Source: a virus
Taxonomy: Duplodnaviria; Caudoviricetes
Virus record (IMG/VR): IMGVR_UViG_3300010396_000051
Coordinates: 1 to 56,086 of that record
Direction: 5' to 3' (one strand)
DNA length: 56,086 bases
Part shown: one piece after another, positions 45,997 to 53,267 of the stretch
How the letters are laid out: each line of letters opens with the position of its first letter
How positions within the stretch are numbered: position 1 is the first letter of the stretch
Translations under genes and position numbers: made by a program
Notes under the pieces: model-generated
Told to the model about the DNA's origin: nothing
Database searches by the model: none
Seen by the model: only the letters and a program-made list of their open reading frames with translations

Positions 45997-46505
45997 AGGA
46001 AATCCAGCTTACCCAAGGACAGGTGGCTTTCGTCGATGACGAGGACTATGAGCGCATCAGCGCCCACAAGTGGTGTGCGGCGTGGCACGAAAGAACGCAT
46101 GGCTTTTATGCGACTCGAAAGACCCCGCGAAATGAGGGGAAGCATACCATCCTCATGCACCGGGAAGTAATGGGACTAGAGATCGGGGACCCGCGTCAAG
46201 TAGACCACCGCACACCGAGTGAAACCCTCAACAACTGCAAGTCGAACTTGCGCATCGCCACGCACGCCCAGCAGCAGTACAACACTCGAATTCCGCGCAA
46301 CAATACCTCTGGATTCAAGGGCGTTACAAGGCGCGGCCCGAATGAATGGGCGACTTACATTGCCGTCAACAAGAAAGGCATCTATCTCGGGTCTTTTCGG
46401 ACGGGAGAGTTGGCAGCGGAGGCTTACAAAGCGGCTTCTGCTAAGTATCACGGCGAATTTGGACGCACCGACTCCGCGCCCCGGATAGAGGAGCAAGGGG
46501 AATGA
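45993..46505 (+). CDS. HNH homing endonuclease with AP2 domain
   Basis: MHREVM..VDH..TLNNCKSNLR..NTSGFKGV..YLGSF..AAEAY..HGEF. Confidence 0.9.
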   Translation: MKEIQLTQGQVAFVDDEDYERISAHKWCAAWHERTHGFYATRKTPRNEGKHTILMHREVMGLEIGDPRQVDHRTPSETLNNCKSNLRIATHAQQQYNTRIPRNNTSGFKGVTRRGPNEWATYIAVNKKGIYLGSFRTGELAAEAYKAASAKYHGEFGRTDSAPRIEEQGE

Positions 46506-46665
46506 CGTGTCCAAATTGCAAAGCAGCGATGGATTACATAGATCATGGCTACTGCTCAAAATGTAAGCAGTATTGCGGATGCTCATTTTCGCCATGCAGT
46601 AGAAACGATTTCTGCGCTCATCATCTTTTTGAATTGAGGCGCTCATCCCAAAAGGAGGGATCGAA

Positions 46666-46905
46666 ATGACATGGATTAGCGTGAAAGAGCGTAAGCCAAC
46701 CACCGGAGCGCCTTGCTGGATTATCTGGAGCGGCGTGGTGCAGTTGGTGTCATACAGGCGTGCGGGAATTGGATTTGCGTGCGCAGATGGCTATGAATGG
46801 GAGCAGGCCATTGATATCGGATGCGATGCTATACCCGACAAGGAAGTGACGCACTGGCAGTATATTCCCGCCCCACCCGAGGAGAAACCCAAACATGGCG
46901 AGTGA
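46666..46905 (+). CDS. DUF551-like protein
   Basis: WISVKERKP...VTHWQYIPAPP. Confidence 0.8.
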   Translation: MTWISVKERKPTTGAPCWIIWSGVVQLVSYRRAGIGFACADGYEWEQAIDIGCDAIPDKEVTHWQYIPAPPEEKPKHGE

Positions 46906-47125
46906 ACTGAAACCCTGCAAGTGTGGCGAGCCGCATGATAACTGGCCGGGTAACGATGGCGGTCAGCTCTGCCAAATGTGCTGGGAGCATGAATGCGATG
47001 CCTCATGGTGGCAAATGGTGCAGGCGCTAGATGAGGCTGTAAATGGGAACCGCCGCTCAGGATCGAGCGCAAAGAGTGAGCCGCCCGAAGATGGCTCTTG
47101 TCGTACCAGTCCAAATTCGGACTAG
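46895..47125 (+). CDS. Small Zn-finger protein
   Basis: ELKPCKCG...CQMCW. Confidence 0.6.
   Translation: MASELKPCKCGEPHDNWPGNDGGQLCQMCWEHECDASWWQMVQALDEAVNGNRRSGSSAKSEPPEDGSCRTSPNSD
47109..47122. promoter_or_regulatory. Palindrome family B, copy 7
   Basis: GTCCAAATTCGGAC at the convergence of early and lysis transcription units. Confidence 0.8.
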
Positions 47126-47508
47126 GCGATCGGCTCAACGGGTTTGTAATTGTTCGGATCAAATCCGCTCTGCGCCTGAATGTATCCCGAAGTCCCCGCC
47201 TGCGCCGCAACCACATACCCGTCAATCTCCGCCAGAGTCGCCGCTGGAAGCCCCGGAGTGGCCTTTAGGGTCGTCAGCACGCCAATGATGGTGGCGTAGA
47301 TGGTCAGGATGGTAGTCGAGGCTGTCTGCGGGGTTCCTATGCTCTGGAGCGCGGGGTTTACCGCGGCTTCGAGGGATGCGACAAGGGGTTCAAAGGGAGC
47401 GCCGACGCCCGACGCTAAGAGAGCCACATTGCCGGCAAGTTCGATGGCGGGGAGAAGCTGCTTCAGGTGAGCCCAGAATCCGGTGACTGGAACGGGTGTG
47501 GTCGCCAT
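47122..47508 (-). CDS. Hydrophobic lysis-cassette protein
   Basis: MATTPVPVTGFWAHLK..., TAATG-coupled to the lipoprotein gene. Confidence 0.65.
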   Translation of the reverse strand: MATTPVPVTGFWAHLKQLLPAIELAGNVALLASGVGAPFEPLVASLEAAVNPALQSIGTPQTASTTILTIYATIIGVLTTLKATPGLPAATLAEIDGYVVAAQAGTSGYIQAQSGFDPNNYKPVEPIA

Positions 47509-47879
47509 TATTTTGCTCCCGGCAGCGGCAAGGCTGCTTGTTGAGACTGCACCTGGTTGACGGCGGTCTGCGCTGCCGCCTGGGTCGCCTGACCGTTGTG
47601 GTAGGCCAGATAGACCGTTTCGGCCGCATTGAGAGTCACGCCAAATTGGTTGAAGGCTTGCTTCACGGCCGGCTGGAGCACCAGCGTCCCCGCTTCCGAC
47701 TGGGACTTGATCGAACTGTAGAAATCTCGCGCTCCCTTGAGGATCTGGCCCATACTCTGATCGGCTGGGTTTATGTATCCTTGCCCCACTACAGGCGGAG
47801 CTGTCGGGGGAGATACCATCGATTTTTGGCAGGCCGCCAGCGGAAGGCACAGCGCGATTGCGAGGATGAGACATTTCAT
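47508..47879 (-). CDS. Lipoprotein, possible outer-membrane lysis (spanin-like) protein
   Basis: MKCLILAIALCLPLAA-C lipobox. Confidence 0.7.
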   Translation of the reverse strand: MKCLILAIALCLPLAACQKSMVSPPTAPPVVGQGYINPADQSMGQILKGARDFYSSIKSQSEAGTLVLQPAVKQAFNQFGVTLNAAETVYLAYHNGQATQAAAQTAVNQVQSQQAALPLPGAK

Positions 47880-47882
47880 CGC

Positions 47883-48146
47883 TTATTCCTTGGGCGGGGC
47901 TGCCGCCGGAGTAGGGTTTATCGTCACCGAAGTGGTGGAAGCCGGATCTGGATTAAGCGGAACCTGCACAGACTTCTCTCCAGCCTTCTTGCCCTGAATG
48001 TAGCCAAATGCGCCAGTGATGATCGACGAGGCCATTGTGATGACAGCCCCGGCGCCGGGATGAGTACTGAACATCGCCAGCGAGGCTAGAATGCTTGCGT
48101 CGACGATGAACAGCATGGCCCAAAAGGAATCAGGATAGTCTTTCAC
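47883..48146 (-). CDS. Putative holin (2 TM)
   Basis: Two hydrophobic segments, downstream of endolysin. Confidence 0.55.
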   Translation of the reverse strand: MKDYPDSFWAMLFIVDASILASLAMFSTHPGAGAVITMASSIITGAFGYIQGKKAGEKSVQVPLNPDPASTTSVTINPTPAAAPPKE

Positions 48147-48283
48147 TTATCCTCCAGACCCGGGCCGGATGCGCCCTTGAAGAAGGCGACGACAATCACC
48201 AGCGCGAATAACTCCACCAAACACGCCGCACATGCCCAAATCCAGATCATCACAGTGCCTCTTGTCAATTGCTACTTACAACG

Positions 48284-48718
48284 CTACGACGCTTTCTGCC
48301 ATAAATCAATCTCCTTCTTGCGTCTAGCGACTAGACCTGCAAGAACTTGGCCTCCAGCGTAGACCCATTTTGCCAATTGAGCTGGGACCTGATCATACTG
48401 CCCCATATTCAGCAGCCGTAGGAGGGTCGATGTTTTGAGCGCCCCGGAGCCCATATTGAACGTGAAGTCCGTCAGTGCATCCGTCTGCCCCTGCGTGAGC
48501 GGAACCTTGACCAGCGCCTGCATTTGTTCGCAGTGGATTTGGAGATCGACGGCGAGTTGAGCGTCGGCCTGCTCTTGGGTCCAGACAAGCCCGTCGTGGA
48601 CTTCCGGACCGGTGTGGCCATAGGCAATTGTCCAGACGCCCACAGGGTCTTGGTAGGCGCGCAGTTTTTCGCCTTCCGACTCCTTGGCCAAATCAACACA
48701 GTCTTGAGAGTAAGTCAT
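48284..48718 (-). CDS. GH24 lysozyme (endolysin)
   Basis: SEG..LRAYQDPVGVWTIAYGHT (E-X8-D-X5-T); DFTFNMG; GLVARRKKE. Confidence 0.95.
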   Translation of the reverse strand: MTYSQDCVDLAKESEGEKLRAYQDPVGVWTIAYGHTGPEVHDGLVWTQEQADAQLAVDLQIHCEQMQALVKVPLTQGQTDALTDFTFNMGSGALKTSTLLRLLNMGQYDQVPAQLAKWVYAGGQVLAGLVARRKKEIDLWQKAS

Positions 48719-48887
48719 AGGATCACCGATCCATTACATTCTGCTCGATACACCTGTTCCGCTACATCCACCGCATTGCATAGATTGAAGTGTGAGAGAA
48801 ATTCATATCCCTTCGCTTCAAGGAATGCGCAGGCTAAGATAACGTCATCCGGCAAGTCCTCTTCGCACTCATAAAAGTGCGTCATGC

Positions 48888-49535
48888 TTACACACTCCAA
48901 GGAATCGGATTTGCGCTTGCCATGACCCAGACTCGCGTGTAGATCGATCGCAGGAACCACGGTGCATTCTGGCATTCAGTCTGAAGTTGCGGGTGCAGGC
49001 CAGCACTCCAGTTAGTAGAGATCATAGGGAGGTTTTGGAATTGGGTAGGAGGGGTAAAGGTTTGATTGTTGAGGGACAACCCCAACACCGACCACTTGCT
49101 CCCGTCCGACTGTAGTCTCAGTTGAAAAGTGTTTGAACCCACAGACGGGGCATTGGTAAAGCTCGTGTCTACCCACGCTGTCCCGGTCGGATCCAGTTGC
49201 CACAACTTCTTCGTCGCGTTCCATTGACAGCTCCCATTCGCCTGCTTGCCACCGGAGAAGGTGACTTTCAGGTCATTCTCCCTGCGTCCGACATGCGGTA
49301 AGTCTTCGTTGGTTTCCCACCAGTCCACGTCAAGTCCGAAGTAGCCGGGACCGGGATTGGGATAGTCCGCGGAAATCAGACCGCCGCCCATCTCCGCTCC
49401 GGGTCCGGAGTCATTCAGCACCACCACGCCGCCCTTGACGGTGTAGGACTTGTACGAGGTCGGAGCGACAGGATTGATCGTGCTGCCGGTGTTGGCGCGC
49501 CACGGATCGCTGGTGGCGTCATAGACGGTAATCAC
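48888..49535 (-). CDS. Beta-rich protein, possible concanavalin A-like fold
   Basis: Trp/Asn/Gly-rich beta pattern; HPQLQTE. Confidence 0.45.
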   Translation of the reverse strand: MITVYDATSDPWRANTGSTINPVAPTSYKSYTVKGGVVVLNDSGPGAEMGGGLISADYPNPGPGYFGLDVDWWETNEDLPHVGRRENDLKVTFSGGKQANGSCQWNATKKLWQLDPTGTAWVDTSFTNAPSVGSNTFQLRLQSDGSKWSVLGLSLNNQTFTPPTQFQNLPMISTNWSAGLHPQLQTECQNAPWFLRSIYTRVWVMASANPIPWSV

Positions 49536-49537
49536 GG

Positions 49538-49693
49538 TTACTCCTGTTCATCCTCGGTGAAGTGGTATTGCCCATTCTCCTTGTGCGCCGTGCCCTTCAG
49601 CACGGTGCCGTCAACGAGAGTGAGGGTTGCGGGTGTAGGCGGGCATGGCGGCTGATTCGCTCCGCCGCAGTCTCCAATGATTGGCTTGGGCAT
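49538..49693 (-). CDS. 51-aa hypothetical protein
   Basis: MPKPIIGDCGGANQPPCPP... Confidence 0.5.
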   Translation of the reverse strand: MPKPIIGDCGGANQPPCPPTPATLTLVDGTVLKGTAHKENGQYHFTEDEQE

Positions 49694-50099
49694 TGTCTTG
49701 CCTTTCCGCGATCGTAGGATCGCTGGTGAATAAATGAGTGGGATCAAGTTTGGCGTGATGAGCGCCAGCTTGATAACCGATGTAAAGCATGGCGATAGCG
49801 ACAATCAATCCCAAGGCAGCAATAATGAGATTACTGATCCCGATGCGGGAGTTTAGATTGTCGAGTTTGTCCTGATTTTCCTGATGGCGTAGCGATTGCT
49901 GCTTATCTCGTTCCGTCTCCACCGCTTTGAAGGAAGCCACGAAGTTGCTCATTTGTTTGTGAAACTCCTTGCTCTCTTCTACCCACTGCGAGTGATCCGA
50001 AACGGTTTTTTGCAAAACGGCCATATCGCGTTCAATGTCGCCGAATCGCTGGTCGTCGCTGCGTCTCTCCCATCCCTGACCGACTCGGTTTGCCGTCAT
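49611..50099 (-). CDS. Coiled-coil plus single TM protein (holin/antiholin candidate)
   Basis: ERR motif, coiled coil, LIIAALGLIVAIAMLYIGY. Confidence 0.6.
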   Translation of the reverse strand: MTANRVGQGWERRSDDQRFGDIERDMAVLQKTVSDHSQWVEESKEFHKQMSNFVASFKAVETERDKQQSLRHQENQDKLDNLNSRIGISNLIIAALGLIVAIAMLYIGYQAGAHHAKLDPTHLFTSDPTIAERQDNAQANHWRLRRSESAAMPAYTRNPHSR

Positions 50100-50162
50100 T
50101 CCCCCAACCTTGGCCCTAAAAATACCCGCGCCTGTCAGCTTGCGGTATTACTCCGCAGCGGG

Positions 50163-50519
50163 TTATTGCGAAATCACAGTGACAATCGTACCTTTAAATC
50201 CAGTCAATCCACCAGGTAAAGCCGGGATGGTTCCGCTCCAACAGACTGCCGTCGATGGAGATCCTGTCGGGTAACCCCACCAGCTATAAACCTGAACTGC
50301 GCTGGTCTGAGTCAGACTGGTGTCAGTCCACGGCCCCTGTGCGCTGGCGGTCGTGGTCAGACTCTTGCCGCCCGTTGTCGGCATGGTCAGAGTGCAGGTG
50401 CCGGGGAAGCGGATGAGAGTAACGGCGGTTGAAGTTGAATTCGTCCACGTCAGCGATACCTGCACGGAAGCCCAGAGCGGAGAGGTGAGAAGAAACAAGA
50501 TGGGGAGAAGGTGTCTCAT
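50163..50519 (-). CDS. Signal-peptide protein with FN3-like domain
   Basis: ATGA-coupled start MRHLLPILFLLTSPLWA-SVQVSLTWT...WTDT...YSW. Confidence 0.7.
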   Translation of the reverse strand: MRHLLPILFLLTSPLWASVQVSLTWTNSTSTAVTLIRFPGTCTLTMPTTGGKSLTTTASAQGPWTDTSLTQTSAVQVYSWWGYPTGSPSTAVCWSGTIPALPGGLTGFKGTIVTVISQ

Positions 50520-53224
50520 TTGATTGTCACCGTGCCTTTGAAGTTCGCGAGGCCTGTGATCTGGACCGAGGGCGTGACCGGGATCAGCGCAAAATTCGCC
50601 GTCATGGTCGAGTTCGCCGTCAGGGTACAGGAGGCCGTGCCAGTGCCAGAGATCGCAGAGCAAGCCCCGGTTCCACTCCACCCGCTGAAGGAATACCCCG
50701 CATTCGGCGTAGCAGTGCAGGCACCGATCGCGGTGTTGTAGTTGTAGGTTCCGGCGGTGCAATTGGACCCACTCACCGAACCATTCGTCGCCGTGATCCC
50801 GAGCGTGTACGTGTTGATGGTCATCGTTGCGGTTAGCGAGGTGTTGGCGGTGATCGTGAAGGGGCCGCAGGTTCCGGTGCCCGTACATGACGCCGATCCT
50901 GTCGTAGCCCATCCCGTGAAGGTGTAGCCGGTGTTTGCTGTCGCTGTACAAGCTCCGACGGAGGTTCCTAATGCGTAAGACCCCGCCATACAGTTCGAGC
51001 CCGTCACGGTGCCATTGGTGGCCGTTACGGATAGGCTGACGGCGCCGGAGTAACAACTTGCGCTGTCAAACGTCCCAGCAAGTGATGTGGTTGAGCCGTT
51101 TGTCAATCCACCCAGTACGTTCAGATAGCAATTCGCCGCCGGGTTGAGCCATGCGTGACCCGCTGTGCTCGCGATATTTCCGCCTGTCACTTCAGGGCCA
51201 ATCCCCGGCCACGGGGCAGTAGATCCCGATGGAAACACCCACCACGATGGTGACGCGGAAAGGTAGAGCGATGGGTAAGATGTCCACATGATTGACGGCA
51301 CGGCTAGGCCAGGATAGGTCGATGCGCTTGACCCGGATTCTCCAGTGTTTGTCCTTACCGCTCCACTAACAGCATCCCAGTTTCCCCAGCGCATCGAGGA
51401 AGCATTTGAACCTGCGTTTGTCACTACGTCATTCGGAACCGGGCCGGGAGGCGAAAGCGTACCGCCGTAGCAGGTCGATGAATACTCAGACCCGATCTGG
51501 CCTGAGTCGCCGAATAGAAACACCATGCCTGAGTTTCCAATGCCGCAATCTGTGGTCGAGGTCATGGCATATTGATAAGTCGCTGCATGGCCTCCATATC
51601 CGAGCACGTTGGCCACAAAGTTCAGATAGCGCGAATACGCCATATCGTTGATGGTGAGAAGATTCTGACTCTTCGCCGCCGTAGATGTCGATGGGTCGAA
51701 GCCGCTCAGGGCGTTTCGGAAAACGGTGTTCGCAAAAGCCGTGCCATGAATCGAGTCTTCGGTATGGCAGATGCCAATGTTTCCCTCCCATAGGTTGTAA
51801 TAATCTCCAGCGTTGTGGTGGAACTGATCGCACTGCTGCCATTGCGGATCGCCGTTGTCGTAGTAGTTGTCCACGGCGTAGTGATAGCCGAAGACGTTTC
51901 CTTCGCCGCCTTCCATGATTTCGCAGGTGGCGATTTTCTGGCAGATATTATTCTGTGCCAGGTTATCCCCGGACTGCCAGAAGTCCACGCCATACGCCTC
52001 GCTCGATGGCGACGATCCGTACTCGTAATTATTCTGAATCGTGATGTGCGAAGACGACGCAACCCACACATGCTTGTGCATGGAGGTGGAGGTTGAAAGG
52101 CTATTGACGAGCGAGACATTCTGAATCCAAGAATTTGTAGCCCAGATAAACTGAACCATCGCGGCGGCATTGGTTACGGTTGAGCCTGTCGTGTTGATTT
52201 GCAGATTCTCCAACCCAAATCCTGTCATTGGCAGGGACGAGGAAAAGGTTGCGAGGGGAGATTTGCCGCTGGACCAGTTCGGCGCGTAGAGGGCAGGCGT
52301 GAAGGTTACGGTCGAGCCTGAAATGCCGGTCACGGTCACTACCTGAATCTGCGACCGGCCCGGGAATGCATTTCCTCCATCGCCTTGTTGTGAATAGGTG
52401 GTTGATCCGTTGAAAAACGCATTTCCTGTATCCGAGGCGTCGTCTAGTTGGTTGAAGATAAGCAATGAACCTGCGTGAAGATTAGCGATGCTCCCTGAAC
52501 ACGCCGACGGAATTGTGACGCTCCCGCAAATATTTCCGCTGGGAACCGCGCCTAGGACGACGCTCGTAGACCCCTGCGTCATGCCGCTGGAGACAGTCAG
52601 AACATTCGCCGTGAATCCGATCGATCCTGAGTCCCCGTTGTAAAGGCATACCGGCACCGGACCGATGCCGAGGCAGTTTGAGGAGGTGTTGGTGAAATTG
52701 AGAATGGTGCTCGTCGGGCCTGCACCGCGGAGCGTCACGTTCGATGCGGTCGAGACGAGCGACGATGACCAGTTGTAGGTTCCAGCGCCCAGCAGAACGG
52801 TTTCGCCGGCAGGGCAGGCTGTGAGCGCTGAGGCGACGGATGATGGCGTAGCTGAGGAGGTGAGTGTTGTGCAGACCGTTGTGCGCGCGGGAATTGAGCC
52901 GGCACCCGCCCCGCTCCAGTCAACGGCCCTGCTCGGTGCGAGCAGCCCCGTTGAGGACTGCCCGTAAAGTACCGTTGCCCCGAGAAGGAGCAGGGGGATA
53001 TACTTCAGCGCGAGGTTGCTTATGAGTTTGATTATCGCCATTGTAGCCGTGAGCTGTTTTATCGCCGGGGTTGTGGTAGGGACATGGCTCGGAGCTTCAA
53101 TCTTTGCCGACTGGCTGGAGGCCACGCGCAAGCCGTGACCAAAGACGAAGCCCTCGCCTACTACATCCCGCTTATCGCGTGGAGCTTGGGGTCGCTTTGG
53201 CTTGCCCTTCATCGCTAGCCTCAT
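50516..53224 (-). CDS. Exported/anchored beta-helix (pectin-lyase-like) protein with two C-terminal InlB-B-like repeats; start 53224, 53212 or 53041
   Basis: Hydrophobic YIPLLLLGATVLYG-Q; VLLGAGTY..VTLRGAG; repeats TATANTGYTFTGW and TATPNAGYSFSGW. Confidence 0.75.
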   Translation of the reverse strand: MRLAMKGKPKRPQAPRDKRDVVGEGFVFGHGLRVASSQSAKIEAPSHVPTTTPAIKQLTATMAIIKLISNLALKYIPLLLLGATVLYGQSSTGLLAPSRAVDWSGAGAGSIPARTTVCTTLTSSATPSSVASALTACPAGETVLLGAGTYNWSSSLVSTASNVTLRGAGPTSTILNFTNTSSNCLGIGPVPVCLYNGDSGSIGFTANVLTVSSGMTQGSTSVVLGAVPSGNICGSVTIPSACSGSIANLHAGSLLIFNQLDDASDTGNAFFNGSTTYSQQGDGGNAFPGRSQIQVVTVTGISGSTVTFTPALYAPNWSSGKSPLATFSSSLPMTGFGLENLQINTTGSTVTNAAAMVQFIWATNSWIQNVSLVNSLSTSTSMHKHVWVASSSHITIQNNYEYGSSPSSEAYGVDFWQSGDNLAQNNICQKIATCEIMEGGEGNVFGYHYAVDNYYDNGDPQWQQCDQFHHNAGDYYNLWEGNIGICHTEDSIHGTAFANTVFRNALSGFDPSTSTAAKSQNLLTINDMAYSRYLNFVANVLGYGGHAATYQYAMTSTTDCGIGNSGMVFLFGDSGQIGSEYSSTCYGGTLSPPGPVPNDVVTNAGSNASSMRWGNWDAVSGAVRTNTGESGSSASTYPGLAVPSIMWTSYPSLYLSASPSWWVFPSGSTAPWPGIGPEVTGGNIASTAGHAWLNPAANCYLNVLGGLTNGSTTSLAGTFDSASCYSGAVSLSVTATNGTVTGSNCMAGSYALGTSVGACTATANTGYTFTGWATTGSASCTGTGTCGPFTITANTSLTATMTINTYTLGITATNGSVSGSNCTAGTYNYNTAIGACTATPNAGYSFSGWSGTGACSAISGTGTASCTLTANSTMTANFALIPVTPSVQITGLANFKGTVTIK

Positions 53225-53267
53225 TGCTCTCCAATCAGCGTGCAACTAGTGATGGTGGGCTGCTGCA

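Noticed and set aside
50520-51056. N-terminal 179 aa of track ORF 50163..51056
   Set aside because: Off-frame overlap with the beta-helix gene; real start is the ATGA-coupled ATG 50519 with a signal peptide
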